Positions 36,891 to 51,935 of a DNA stretch of 64,000 bases are shown piece by piece. The position numbers were made by a program, and so were the translations under genes. The notes below the pieces were generated by a model. It searched no databases. It was not told the origin of the DNA and was given only the letters and a program-made list of their open reading frames with translations. The stretch is from Eledone cirrhosa (taxonomy: Eukaryota). The stretch lies in contig OZ024745.1 in the NCBI GenBank assembly GCA_964016885.1, forward strand, positions 93,186,001 through 93,250,000, read 5' to 3'. The first letter of the stretch is position 1. Every line of letters begins with the position of its first letter.

Positions 36891-39800
36891 TTGGCTTCTT
36901 TCCTTTTTTTCCCTTCTAATTGCCATTGTTTGCAGTCTGGAAGATTTTTGGCTTCTCCCTTCATTCTCTGACTAATTGATAAAAAGAAATACTGATTTCT
37001 ATGTATGATGGAGAAATCAATATTATATTTAACAGATGTTAAATGATATAATCAGTAGTTCTGTAGTACTATTTTTAGAATTATTTTAGAAAGTTTTCCT
37101 CCCTTAGATGATTTGTCTGTTGTCAGATCAAGCCAGTTACTTGACATTTTATTATCTAAGGCAGCAGATTGGCAGTATAGGTAGGGCGTCGGACAACATG
37201 ATTTGCAGCATAGTTACGGCCCTTTAAGGTCTGAGTTCAAATCCCGCCGAGGTTAACTTTGCATTTCATCCTTACAAGGTCGATAAAATAAAGTACCAGT
37301 CACGCACTGGAGTCGATTTAATCGACTTTCCCCTCCCCCAAAATTGTTGGCCTTGTGCCTTTATAAGAAACCATTATCTAAGGTATTCAACAATGGGTTA
37401 TCAGACATATTAATTTCTAAATGTGACCCATGGGATCCAGTTCTCCATCTGGCTGTTAATTTTGTGGTGTTATCACTATTTATTCCCACAAGTTGTTGAT
37501 ACCCAATTTTCAGTAATTTGATTTTATCCATTTGAGAGTTAAGTGTATTGACTTCAACACAATATAGTGCTGGTGACAGATTATCAATTGTCATTCTTCT
37601 ACTGTTTGTCTGTTACTCTAGTGATTCAGCTAGCCATCCTCTCAATATGTGATTATAGAAAAATAGATACAATTAACTCTTAACATCCTATAATGATTTA
37701 ACAGAAAATGTCTAAAAACAGGTCTGTTAATTCAAATGTTTATAGTATCTTTACTAACGGACAGATTGTTGTAAAAATTTGCAATAAACTAAAGACATGA
37801 ATTTTTAATATGATGCCATCACAGTGTTGTTTAATACTTTTCAAGAATGTCTTGCTAATATGGTTTCCTGTGGTAAAGAGCATTAAGTTAAACTATGTGA
37901 TTTTGTTTCCATTTGCACAGAGTAGTACATAGCTTGCTTTTCAGCTTTAGTTATGCTGCATAGGGAACGCAAGTAATGTATATGCAACATATTAATCAAT
38001 AAATATGAGATTGAAAGTTCTAATTAAATATTTAGAAGCTATCAATTGCCATCCTAAGTGTGTTTGTAATAAATAAACACAAGGATCTACATATACAATA
38101 TTGTTTTGCTTTATGTGTGTGTTTTACATACAAAAACAGTTCTTCATCATCATCATCACCGTTTTACGTCCATTCTTCCACGCTAGCATGGGTTAGATGG
38201 GTTGTCCTGTTGTGGCCGATGTTAGGTCGGGTGACCTTGTCTTGCTCATATGGGAACTGATTCTGGCTTGATTTCTACAGCTGGATGTCCTTCCTAACAC
38301 TAACCTCATTTACAGTGAGTGCTGGGTGCTTTTTTTCCGTGGTGCCTACATGACACTTTACAGTGTGGGCTTGGTGCTTTTTGCGCCTCCACGACCACTT
38401 TGCATTGAGAGGGAGGTGGGGGCATATTGTCTATGTGCTTTAGCTTCGACTCTGAGTATAAAATACTCTACTTTATATAATTAATACTTTTCCTCAGTTT
38501 TTAAACAAAAACGTTGATCAATCGATATATAATGTAAGCACATTATGGAATTTGTATTGCTACCCCATCAGTTCAGTTTTTGTCCCACCGTGTGTCACCT
38601 TAAGCAAGTGTCTTCTATTATAGCCTCAGACTGACAAATGCCTTGTGAGTGAAATTGTTAGATAGAAACTGTGTGTGTGTTTGTCTCCATCTATTTTTGC
38701 ATTGATACCACTAGTCAATCAGTGGCCCTTGTTTGTCCTGCAGCACAGCTGTTCAATGTCTGAAGTTCAGTGGAGCAAGTACTTTACATAAAAGGAGGTT
38801 TGGCATCAAGAATGACATCTGGCTGTAGAATATTGCTTCAAAATGTCTTGTTCAACATGCATGGAAAAGCAGATGTAAAAACAACAATGATAATGATATT
38901 GGTATGTGTGTGTCTGTTATATGTACATGTGTATATATATATATATATATGTAAAAGGTAATATATATATATCCCACTATACCACAAACCATCCTTCTTA
39001 GCTGACATCTACCACTCTCACTATCAAACTTCTTTTGCTACTCATCTCTCCTCCTATGGCACATCTCTGTTGCTAACCCATCACATTGCTCATGCTGTTT
39101 TCTAATCAACTTATCCACAACGTGTAGCTATCACTATCCCTCTCTTTCCTCTACCATCATGTCACTCTGTTCCCTCCTCTCACACTCATAATCATACTCT
39201 TCCTTCTTTCAATTTCTTGACCATTACTTACTTTCTAATTACAGTCTTGCTCATATTTGCCTCAAAAGAACTGGTATTGTCTAGACTGGAGAGAACTCTT
39301 TAGCTTTGCAGGGGACAAGGCAACCTCTCTAGTGTTGGTACCATGATAAAATGCATCTTAAGCACTCTATAAAATAGTTGGCAATGAAATGTATACAAGG
39401 TAATGGAGAGAAAACTTTTTAGTCTTGTTGAAGACATGATAACCTTTCTAGTGCTGGTTTCACAATAAAATGCACTCACACCATGCCAAAATGGAACATA
39501 CAGCCAAAAACATTATCCTCTGGCCTGTCTAAGAGAACAGTAATTCCAAATAAGAGCCAACTTCAATTGTGAAGATCCATCTAACTCACCATGCCAACAT
39601 ATAAGCTCGTATATATGTATGTATGTATGTGTGTATATATATATAATCATCACTGTTTAATGTCCACCTTCCACGCTAGCATGAATAATTGTTTTTATAT
39701 CTATTTCTTCATGTTAACACGGGTTGTTTGGGACCTTTTGAGGCAGTGTTTTACAGTTTGATATTCTTCCTGATGCCAACACTTTTAGTTACTTCTTACT

Positions 39801-40006
39801 ACATACAGAGGTATGGTGTACCTAGTGTGTGCAGGTGGAGGCATTCATTTATCAGATGCTGAAGGTCCACCCATTTTCTACTAGGTTATCTATTAGATAT
39901 TACCTGACGGATTGTCAAGCATGAAACTTGAAGTAGTAGCAAGATGAAGTTTTAACTCCAGTAAATGAATATACAAACTTTATAACACATATTAAGTACA
40001 GTATAA

Positions 40007-40322
40007 TCTATATATGAATTTCTGCGATTCTGTCACAACACGTAAAGAGAGAGGAGTAGTTTGACTACCTCATACTACTCCTCTCTTTATGTCTGCTGCC
40101 TGCGTGAATGTATGTGTGTATAAAAGGAAGGAAGGGGTGGTGAAAAATCTATAGCAAAATAGCGGCTGGTGTTCCATTTGTTATGCTGTGTGTGTTTGTG
40201 TGGATGTATGTCTGAGAGTGTATTTTTGTAAGTGTGTCTGTGTTTGCGTCTATATATTTATATACTCATGCATATGCACACACATATACACATACCCGTC
40301 AGCGTGTTGAAAAAGATCCTAG
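40007..40322 (+). mobile_element. Non-autonomous Helitron-like element (316 bp)
   Basis: A|TCTATATAT start and CTAG|T end, with no TSD. Strong internal hairpin AAAGAGAGAGGAGTAGT...ACTACTCCTCTCTTT. Confidence 0.72.
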
Positions 40323-41114
40323 TAATATAATAAAATCCTATCCTCTTGGTTGAGGATTGATGGCTTTAGACGCAACCAATACTCTTCACCACACTTTGTG
40401 GTCTTTTGTTGCAGCTATACATTCTGCTAGAATACAGTTCTATACCAGAAGGATGACCAACTTTGACTTTGGCATGCCAGCAGATCACATCTGCTTTCTT
40501 CTTTTCCCTGTGGTGAACATACTGCACTCACATGCCACAATTAATTTAAGAATTTGAACTGTATTAATAATTGTTTCTACTTTTGGCACAAGGCCAGCAA
40601 TTATCCCAGTGCATTACTGGTGCTTTATTTTATCGACCCCCGTAAGGATGGAGGCAAAGTTAACCTCGGAGGAATTTGAACTCGGACCGTAAAAGGCTGT
40701 AACTCTATGCTGCAAAGCATGGCGTCCAACCCTCTACCGATACTGCCAATCTACCACCCCTATTAACTGTATTAATAATGATCAAACAACCTGTTGTGTA
40801 TTAATTTCTGTCTGTTAAATACAGTTTTCTACACTTGTCATTGTTTATTATTTCCATCAATATTTATAATGTTCTTTTTATACAACTGTGAATAAAACAC
40901 TTCTTTCTTAATTTGCATAATGTTGCCAAATGAATGCATGTTATAAAAATTAGCGTAACCTTATATTTTAACCATACTTTTAGCCTGTATCTGGTAATTC
41001 AGCAAATTTGGAAATCTGGACAATCTCCAGTTCCAAGCTTGCTGGATGAATGGTCTGGCACCTGTATTTCCTTCTTTTATTTATATAGACCAATTTATGT
41101 ATATAAAATTTTAA

Positions 41115-41315
<201 letters not shown>

Positions 41316-41635
41316 TGATAATGAACTTGAGAAATCTGTAACCTAATGTTTGTATGAATTGTACATAAATTTATGGGGTGTGACATTTCCTTACTGTAGC
41401 ATTTGTATACAGGATAATCCCTCTATTAGCAAATGTTGATATATATATATAACTGAAATAACTAGACTCGATTTTTACACGAGATACATGGAAACATTTC
41501 AGAATGTATCCCCCCCCCCCCCCCCCCCCCCCCAAAAAAAAGAAGGGGCCTACTTTTTCATGAAATTGACTATTATTTGTGTGTACAAGGTGTAAGACAG
41601 AAAATTATAAAATGTTTGTTTTTCTTTATTTTCAG

Positions 41636-41782
41636 TAAATGGATTACCACGACCTTTGGAAAGTGATGAGGTGAAATATATTCGTCGGGAACTGAAAGAC
41701 TTACGAAATAGAATTAACCAACTTCTTGATGTACTAGAACCTCCTGGCGTATATTCCGATGATGGTGAAACATCTTCTTTAA
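41636..41782 (+). CDS. TFG: TFG coding exon 3 (coiled coil), 147 bp; absent from the ORF track
   Basis: (V)[48 protein letters not shown]; TTTCAG| acceptor, A|GTTAGT donor, phase 1-1. Confidence 0.95.
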
Positions 41783-43378
41783 GTTAGTATCAATAATAAT
41801 TTCAACATATACTAACTGGCACTTCGTCTGTTATGACAAGTGTTCCAGTTGATTCAATCAATGGAACAGCCTGCTCATGAAATTAATGTGAAAGTGGCTG
41901 AGCATTCCACAGACACGCTTACCTTTAACATAGTTCTCGGGGAGATGCAGCATGACACAGAATGTGACATGGTTGATTGATTGCTAACATTATTAAAATT
42001 GATATGATTTAAGTTAATGTCAATAATAATTTCGACGTATATCAGTTACTAACATTATTAAAACTGATATGATCATTTGAATATATTGTATATTTATTTA
42101 AAGAGAAACCTTTTAAACGAATGAATGGTGAAGGATTTGTGCAAATTATGTAATCACTTGTTTTGGGTAGACAAACATGTGGCACACACACATACACATA
42201 TTAAGCTACCTACTGCTACACAACGTTTTGCTATTATCAGACAAAACTAATAATTTTTAATCTCAGTTCAAACATAAGTGTTGTTATGTGGTTAAGAAGT
42301 TTCATTTTCAATCATATGGATCCTAGCATGATCCTACATTGCATCACATTCGGCAAGTGTCTTCTGTCTTATCCCTGGGTTGACCAGTACTTTGTGAATG
42401 AAATTTGAGAGATGGAAAGTGTGCTAGTTTCACACGCATGTGTAATTTTATATATATATATATGTGTGTATGTGGTTGGTGTTAGAAAGGGCATCCAGCT
42501 GTAAACTACCTGGCCAAATTTACAATCCTCGCTGGAGCAAGGTGCAACATGGCCAGACTTGCTTCCCGGCATGGACGACCCAGCTGACCCATGTAACTGG
42601 CAGAGATGAGTTGTGCCTGTAATTCAAAGGTCCAGCTTTGTGAGACTGTGTCATACTGAATTTCCCTGAGAACTATATTAAAGGTAAATGTGTTTGTGGG
42701 AACTGGTGGAGGTCCAACGCACACACAACCAGTCCTCTATGTAAGGTGATAGGGCTGGTGTCATGAAAAAAGCACTTAGTCCACTGTGGAAGGTGATCAT
42801 ATGGGTGTCATGACAAAAAGCACCCAGTCCACCCTATGAGGTGGTTGGTGTTAGGAAGGACCCCCTCCCCCCAGCCGTAGAAAATGGAGCCCAAAACAGA
42901 ACGTATGTGCAAGATGTGATCACTTGACTTGTCTAACCCATGTGCGCAGGGAAACGAGATGTTAAAGGGTTATGTTGATGATGATGATGACAGACATCGA
43001 TGCAGGCATGATCAAATAGTTTGGAACCAGTACATGGCATCTTTGTTGCAACCCAAACCTTGTGAGTGAAATTGGGGAGACAGAAACTGTATGGCAGCCT
43101 GTCGCATAGGATGTACCTGTAATCCACTGGTGCAGTCATGTTTAACAATGTCACTGATTTCATTTGAGAATTGTGTTAAGGTTACACGTTTCTGTGAAAT
43201 ACTGAGCCATTTTACATGCTAATTCAATGGGTAGTTTGTTAAACAACTGGTGGATGTTCATAAATTGTTCTTGACAGGTGAAGCTACCATCATACAAACA
43301 TATCTGAATGAGGTGAACACCCTTACATTTGAATAGAAACACCCAGCAATAATTTACATCTGACCGATTGATCTCTCC

Positions 43379-43605
43379 TTAACCCTTTAGTATTTACATT
43401 CCTCTACATATAGTATTGTATTTTTGTTGTAAAGGCTTTACCTCACAATTATCCTACATAATATTGAATCTATGAGATTTTAATGTTATTTATTTTGAGA
43501 ACAATTTCTTAACATCAGTATGAGTGGCCAGTTATGGCCTGTTTGAACAGAAAGAGTTAAGAGAATTCTGGCCGGATACGACCAGTTTAAATACTAAAGG
43601 GTTAA
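43379..43605. mobile_element. piggyBac-type MITE family A
   Basis: TTAA|CCCTTTAGTATTTA...TAAATACTAAAGGG|TTAA. Confidence 0.9.
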
Positions 43606-44255
43606 GTCAGTGTCCACTTGTATTTTGTATCTTACTAGAATGATGAAATAAGTACCAGCCAAGTATTGAGGTTGATATAATCAGCTAAGAAACTTTGAAA
43701 GCCCCAGTATGGCTTGAATTTATTGACTGAAATAAGTAAAAGATCAATAGAATAGAAAAAGTTTCAAGAAATTATTTAGGACATCTGTATAAGCAGATTT
43801 TTAGTTAATTCTATATATGTTGTTTGTTTGGATCTCCATTGTTTTCAAAAACATTTGCACAATGTAGTTCTCAGGGAGATCCAGCATAAGGCTGGCTCAT
43901 TGAATTACAGGTACAACTCATATACCCCAACCTGTCAATCAAAGTATAAATCTGTCCCCAACATGATGGACCATGACAGAAGTTCATACAAATGATATTA
44001 CATTTACCAAAACATGACAACCTCCCTAGTGCTACAATAAAAAAAAAAACTCTGTAGAGTGTGAGGATGTTTCTGTAAGTAAGATTTGGTCTTCGGCCTA
44101 TCTGAAAGCTCACTAGCTCTGTTTGAATACTGACTTCATCTGTGGCAACTGATCCAACCCTTGCTAGCAGGGAAAATGGACATGATGTATATAATGTGTG
44201 TGTGTGTATGCCAATATTATTATTATTATTTTTTTTTTTGTTTCTATTCTGTTAG

Positions 44256-44414
44256 GAAATGGTGAAACAAATGGCAAACGACAAACAAGTATTAAATGTG
44301 GACTACCAGCAAATGCTGCACACAGCAAGGAATTTGATCCATTGTCTTCTCAACGAGCTGTGGAAGAAAACACACAAAATAAAGTAATGTCTTCTTTTGG
44401 TCTTTCCACTGATG
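44256..44414 (+). CDS. TFG: TFG coding exon 4, 159 bp
   Basis: (R)NGETNGKRQTSIKCGLPANAAHSKEFDPLSSQRAVEENTQNKVMSSFGLSTD contains the FDPL and VMSxFGL motifs of TFG. GTTAG| acceptor, G|GTAAGT donor. Confidence 0.93.
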
Positions 44415-47400
44415 GTAAGTTTAATTTCATTCCTAGTAAATGTTGTAAGGTTAAGCTTTTATTGTATTTTTTTCTGTACTTCATTTATTTTCCATTTCTG
44501 TTGCTCAAGGGTTTCTTATAGTCTTCTATTCGTCATTTATGTTTCTTTTCATCTCTCTCTATATATACACAAATACCTACATTGGATGTAAAATACATAC
44601 ATGCATATAATAGATACACATGTATTTCGAATTACACATATCAATGCATTTAAAAATGAGAGCTTTTTTTTTTACTGAAAATGCTCAATAAATAATGAAA
44701 AATTAATTAGAGCTATGATAATAATGCGTAGGTAAAAGAAATTTAAACACAGTAGAGGAATCTCATATATATCGTACAAAGTAGATGTGTATACATTACC
44801 TTAATCTAGGAAACCCATGTTTCAATATTTTAGGATACATCACATCAACTGGAAGGGTTATAAGGTCAGATTTTACTGATACAGTTCTATATATACTATA
44901 TATCTAGATTACTAAGGGCTGATGTAAGAAAAAAGGAACAAATGAATTATATAATGTGCTTAAATTTTGTCTTACTCAGTCTATTTAAAACTTTCAAATC
45001 ATTTTGACTAGGAAAGCTATGAGCTAAAAAATTCAAATGAACTTAGAGCTGATATATCTAGATAATAGATACCTAGGTGCTTCATAGAAGGAATTTCAAA
45101 TATATAATACAAATCAAATATGTATATATCACCTTAATCCAAAACTTAAATTTACAGTCGAATTTTAGTGATATTATGTCTCTTTATGCACTTTTCTCTG
45201 CCTCTAGGGTTATACCCCCAGTTTATTCACAACCATTTTATAGTAAGAACTCATGTGTCATGGTTCTTTGCTTTATAGAAAGAAAAAAAACTTCACTATA
45301 TATATATATACTTAATCAACTTATCCAACCCTTTCCAAAGAGCGAATGTAATACACATATATGTTTAAAACTTATGTTTAAACAATATAATCTCTATGCT
45401 TATAATGTTTGGACTATTAATCTCATCTTTTGAGATGAAAAAGGTTTTAATATTTACATCTACACTACATTTTGGTTGATTTGGATTCTAAACTAAGAAT
45501 AGCAATGCTCCTAGGCACTGGGCCACTGCTACATGTACATGTGGCTTAGTGTATATCACTGTTACTTCTTTTAGTTTAGAAGTAAAGGTTCCTAGTTTGA
45601 ATCCAGTTCAGCACTATGTTTATATCCAAGAATACGACTCATGAGTTATGATCGAAGATCAAACCAATTGGAATGTAATGTAAATATCCCATTAATAATA
45701 GAAAACTATTTTCTAAGTTTTCCAATTTTTTTTCGTATTTTTGTATGGGTTCTTAACAAATGAAGTGAATTACTCTTGTAATGTTTTGAAAACTGATAAT
45801 TAACAAGAATCAAAATTTAATTCAGTGAGATATTTCTGTAATTAAGATATTTAATATAGGGATGTAGAAACCTGCAATTGTTTGCGTGATTGTTGCTTTA
45901 AAGAGTATGTAGTCATCCATGTACTGTTTATTGCTTGTATCACATCCAGTTTCATTAGAAACAGAAATGTTCGTGTTAGAAGATTCATTATATAAATTCT
46001 TTCAACAATAAATTTTGTCACATAGATGTGACTTGAATGAAGCTAACTTTTATTTAGATTATATATATATATATCATTTATGTTAGGCTGTTTACCAATG
46101 GGTAGAACTGGTGGTTTGGGTTGGTAAACGATTGGATGATAAGGCTGGGCCATTGAAATATGTATAATGCTTTTGCGTAATTAAAATTCTAAAGTAAATT
46201 TCTAGTCCGGCGCTCTGTTGTTGTTTTAATGAGTATATATATATAGACACACACATCACATATATATGTGTGTGTGTGTGTATATATATATATAAATTAT
46301 ATTTTTTTCTAAATTTACATCCTTAGCAAATCCATGTGGTTTGTTCCTCCAGTAAAGGAAGAAATATTGGTAGACTTTATCAACTAAGGTTCGTTCTCAG
46401 ATGCACTGCCACTCTCTTGCTTGTGAACCACTTAAATGTGATAAACCATTTTAGAAGCCAAGTTTAGTAGTAATCCAATATTGTTGTCTGAGAACCCCTC
46501 CCCCCTTCTCTCTCTCACACACACACCTGAGTCAGTAGTGGAGATACTTATCCACATTGTAGAGTGAGCAGCTAGTTAAATATACTTGATGTGACACTGG
46601 ACCTCTGTTGGTTCTGACCATGTGTGTTTCAGTTCAAACAATGGAAACAGGTTGCTTGTGAAATTAATATGCAAGTGACTGAGCCTTCTACAGACACATG
46701 TATCGTTAATGTAATTCTCAGGGAGATTCAGTGTGACATGGCTGAACTTTTGAATCATAGGTACAACTTAATTTTTACCAGCTGAGTGGATTGGAGTAAT
46801 GTGAAAATAAAGTGTCTTGCTTAAGTTGACAACGCATCACTTGGAGTTGAATGTATTGCCTTACAATTACATACTGAACACTAACCAAGAAGCCACACTT
46901 GATGACTCTTAAAAACAAAATTCTAAGTTTAGTCTAGTTTGATACCGGCCATGATACGCTACTGGTGTTTATTTTCTCTGACTGAATTAGAAAGTGGAAC
47001 TGTTTGGCAGTTGTCCATGTTTATTTTGTGAGAACACTTTACCATTGGACATTTACAATAGGAATGGGGGCCTTAACACCTGAGAAATCTCCTATGAGAT
47101 GCAATCTCTTTAGGAGGCTGGTAAAATGTGTGCAGGTATGAGCCATTAAAACAACTTGTCCAATCTTAGTGGATGTTATTTTTTTTTTTTTTCTTCATAA
47201 GTTGCTCTTTTCTTTAAATTCTTTTGAGCTTCAGAATAGAAATTATTATTATTAATTAGAATGAAAAATATTACTTTTTTTTCTTTAATTTTACCAAGAG
47301 AAATAAATAAATAAATAATAATACTTGAAATATCCAGTTTAATAAAGTATTGTGAGCCAAATCTTTCTTTTTCTTGTACACACATGCACATATCTAAAGC

Positions 47401-48025
47401 TACATTGAGTAAAAACATTACTTATAGATAGAAAATGAGTATCTTGTATTTTATTTACATATAAAATAAATTCTAGTGAGGTGTACGTATTTGCATATTT
47501 TTGTACCAGTTACAAACTTCCAGGCTGATTATTATAAAATTGAAGGTTACCAAAGAAAACAAAAAGAATTATTTGAAAGCTATAGAGGAGGGAGGGGTGG
47601 AGGAATGTTTGCTTGTAGCATTATTCAAGTTTCAGGCCTAAAGCTTATTTAAAAGATTCCTCTCAGACAGCTCTTACATTACATACCAAAAGCTAGATAT
47701 TTATTGCATTCTTAAAATATAATCTATTTTGGTGCTAATCTTAATATTTAATTATCAACATTCAAAATATTAATTTAATGAATTATTGAAAGAAAGGATT
47801 TAGATTTTACAACAGATTTCGGATTAAAAAAATAATAAAAAATCTAGGTACAGTATAGTTAGAAGTTAAAATAATTTTCCTTATCTAAGTCAAAGTTTTA
47901 GATTCTTCAACATGGTTTGCTTTGGGATTTACTTTCTACATAAGCAAATTTCTTTCTAAGGCTACTTGCAGCTGTTGCTGCTGATAAGTATATCATTAGA
48001 TTCGATTATGTTGTCCATCATATAG

Positions 48026-48391
48026 GACCTACACCAAATGAAAGCTCTGCTCAGACGCCAGTGCCATCTGCCATTACTGCTCCGGATCGTCCCGGAAGCC
48101 CAGACAGTACATCAAGTATTAGCTCTTCTGCAAGCAACCAATATCACTTACAACAGCGCCAGCAACTTTCACATCAGCAAGCTACTCCCTCACCCATCCC
48201 AGCACAAGGTCTTTCTCTTAATCAGCAAATACCTGTTAGCAACACTGCTGGCCACCCACAGTATCATATAAACCCACAAGCACAGCGAACAGTTAATCCT
48301 GGTTCTCTTCAACCTGGCCAGCAGATGGCTCCAGCAATGAGATATCCAGCTCCCCAAACATTCCCACCTAATACTGCAGTACATCAACCAG
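48026..48391 (+). CDS. TFG: TFG coding exon 5 (Ser-rich region and start of the PQ-rich region), 366 bp
   Basis: (G)PTPNESSAQTPVPSAITAPDRPGSPDSTSSISSSASNQY...AVHQP; DRxGxPDS matches TFG. TATAG| acceptor, G|GTGAGT donor, phase 1-1. Confidence 0.9.
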
Positions 48392-51299
48392 GTGAGTGTT
48401 AATGTTACTATGTATGCTGACAAGTTCAGGTGGCTGTTTGAATAACTTTTTAATCCCCGGCTGCTTAATAGAATTTTCTTTCTTTTATATTTATTATTAC
48501 TAAACAAATATATACACAAATTCCTCAAAGTGGATGGGAAAGTAAAAAATTAAATATTTTTAAAGAATCTTTATTTTTCTTTTAGGTAAGGACTTTATTT
48601 ATACTATTGACAGAGAACTATGCCTTGGAACTCATAACAATCTGCAAGCATATTGAGATAAATTTAGATTGGTAAATTAACAAAAATTAGAGAAACGTTT
48701 GATTGAATGAGTTGAAAATGAAATAAGGAAAAACTGCTATGATTTAATAATGGATATATTCATAGATGCTTGTTATTTTGGGGGAATAAATTTTGTTCTG
48801 GGATAATCCCTCTGTAAATGTATACCCTTAACTGATTGTCATAATTTCAATATAGATTGGATTTAAAATTGATTTGATTAGATATAAGATATTTGTGTAG
48901 CTTTGAAATTATAAAGTGGAGCACCAAAGAGTTAACAGATAAGGCCTCTTTTGTTAAAACCAATAGAAATACCAAATGAAATGGTTGTCAGGATTTTGCT
49001 TTATCTCTCTAATCTAATTAAATTCTTTGCTAATCTCTCCTCTTGTTCTTTATCATTTTTTAAAAACAATATGGTGGCTAAGACAGATATTGCTTAGTGA
49101 CTGTAAAGATTATATGTTGATACATTCATTGTTTTGTGATTTTAAGAAACACTCAGTATTTACAAAAAAAAACTTTGTCTCTGTTAACCTTATTTATTAT
49201 GTTATGTCTTAGTAAATCATGTTAAGACTGATCCAATCTTTGTCATCCTCAGGCATTATATTTCATCATATATATATATAAAAAATATAACTAACTCTTT
49301 CCTTTAGCACTCATAATAATTAATCTCAGAAATTTAGATATATAACACTCATTACTATTTTTGCCTCAATGAACTTATTTGAAAAGTGGTATTAGCATTT
49401 AGGAAGGACATAAAGCTTTTAAAGTTAATGTTTTATTAAGAATTCTTACTTTGATAATATAGGAAAGGGATTTAAAACTGTTTAAAAAAAAAACGTTATC
49501 TGCAAAATTGCACAATATTTTTTATGATGGTAGCGTGATTTGAAGCAGATTTAACTGCTATTTCTATCTGTTTGAGCAACCATATAGGTACTTCTTCTTT
49601 AGTTCATCTGGTTTTGTAGTTTCAAGATATATTACTGAGCATTTCACTGTGTAACTAAGTTTTGTATCTTTCTGCCTGACAAATATCAGTTTGTTGAGTT
49701 AGGCAGCCACATTTCTTCCTGAGCACTGAACTTTAAAAGACCCTTGCTCTCTGTTTTGATCCTTGTGTGTCTTTATACACAGCTCCTCCCACTTCATATA
49801 ATATACAGATTACAGATTTGTTCATCAGCTGTATTGAATGAATTTCTGAGAGTCAAGGCAGAGATGAACGATCTACAATAATTAATTGATCCGTAAATAT
49901 TTGTTTAGTTAGGCCACTCTGAGTTCATATTTGTAACTTGAGAATTAGGGCAGTAGTTTAATTTGTTAATCCATTGACACTCATCAGTTCAAGAAAGTTT
50001 GATCTGCTGAGTTTCTAGTTTAAGGGAAATTGATGGGAAATGTAGTGCAGATTATATTTAATTAGATAGGATAGTACTTAATTATTGTGCATGTTACAGA
50101 ACATCCAACATTTTTGAGTCGTCTAATTGTTGTAAGTTAATGGAAATCTTGTTGAGCATGCTTGTAGTATGGAGGGAATCAACTAAATGCTTGGAAGCAA
50201 CTTCTTGGTTCAACACTTGAGATATCAAAATATTACTCTGTGGAGTGCTAACTTCTTGCTTCAACATTTGATAAATCAAAATATAATTCTTTGTAGTATT
50301 TGATAATGTGGAGTGCAGTGTAGCAAATATTTGTAAAGGAGTGAAATAACAACTGATTACATAATAGTAAACCATCATTTTATTGCTGTGGTTTTGTTTT
50401 TAAAAACATCACAATGATGAAAATTTAATGACTAGATTCTGAAAAGTACACAAACCTTATTACTTACTTGTTACTTAACTGTAGCACACATCATAGACAT
50501 TTTAAATGGCTGATCAAATTTTTAATTTCTTAGTTTAACCCTTTCATGACCACATTTCTAATGAAATACACTCTATTTTAATTAACTGATGAAGAATTTT
50601 GAGGGATTTACTAAAATTATTATTTCATTACTAAGAAAGTAACTTAATATAAGATTCGTATATAAAATTATGTTGGAAGATTTTAATTTGAATTGGAAAC
50701 CTTTAAAATAGGTGGCTTTATTTCATAGAACCAGAGCCAATTTTGGCCAGGTTGGTAACTAAAGGGTTAAAATGAAAAACTAAAAAATACATGTTAGATT
50801 TTAATACCTGCTTCTTATCTAAAACTAATGTATACATTAATCATGTATATTCCTTGCTACCTTCTAAAAGCATGTTGAAGCTGTATAATATTTAATTGGG
50901 TTCAATATATCAATGCTGAAATAAAATATTTAATATTTTTTACTTTTCCATCTCTTACCAAACAAAAAAAGGGGGAATAGGTCTCTAACATTTAAAACAG
51001 ACTTAATATATAATATACTTCTTTTTCTAATTGAAGTTATTTATCTTTCCCCTTATTAATGCTTATTAAAACTTATCTGCCTTTCTTTATCCTTCATTCC
51101 TTCTTGCTGCATGCTTTGGGCGTCTTTCTTTACATTAATTAAATCTTACTAGTAGCTATAACATGCAAAAATCTTCAAATACATAGCACATATTCTACGT
51201 TGGTTGCATTTTAATGATCTTGGACAACAGATTTCATTTGGTGAAAAATTATGTATATTGGACAATGCTGGTGCAATTTAAATTTTTCTTTTTTTGAAA

Positions 51300-51935
51300 C
51301 TAACCCTTTAGCATTTAAATCGGCCATATCCGGTCAGAATTCTCTCACCCCTTTCTGGTCAAACTGGCTTTAACTGGCCACTCAAACTGACGTTACGGTA
51401 TTGGTCTCAAAATAAATAACATCAAAATCTCATAGGTTCCTAATTATGTGAGGTAAAGACTTTACCGTGTAAATAAAATAGTATATAGAAATATAATATA
51501 AATGCTAAAGGGTTAAAATGTAATTTGGCTAAAATAAATTTGTTTTAAATACACATCAGATTATCAAACCTTTCATAATTTTTTTCAGTTTAAAAATAAA
51601 TGAGGTGTGTAATTTATAGTGTATTTGTACAACAGACTGGAAATTATAATTTTTAACAAAAATTTCATCCACAAATTTAGAGATGGTGAAAAAAATGACA
51701 ATGTTCAGTTAAACCTTTAGCATTTAAACCAGCCGTATCTGGTCAGAATTCTCTCACCTCTTTCTGTTCAAACCAGCGATAACTGGCTCCTCATGCTTAC
51801 TTTAAGGTATTGTTCTCAAAATAAATAATACCAAAATCTCATAGATTCGATATTATGAGATAATTGTGTGCGGTAAAGCCTTTTCTGTGAAAATACAATA
51901 GTAAATATAGAGTAATGTAAATGCTAAAGGATTAA
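51300..51935. mobile_element. Two adjacent same-orientation piggyBac-type MITE family A copies (51300-51516 and 51709-51935)
   Basis: Both have CCTTTAGCATTTAAA...TAAATGCTAAAGG ends at TTAA-like sites. Confidence 0.88.

Noticed and set aside
44730-44860. Additional hammerhead/Penelope remnant on the minus strand
   Set aside because: Only loose TGATG...GAAAC similarity, and the stems cannot be built convincingly.
45535-45625. tRNA gene (also considered at 59630-59680 and 60332-60400)
   Set aside because: The A/B boxes are degenerate, no full cloverleaf forms, and each runs into repeat bodies. These are tRNA-derived SINE heads.
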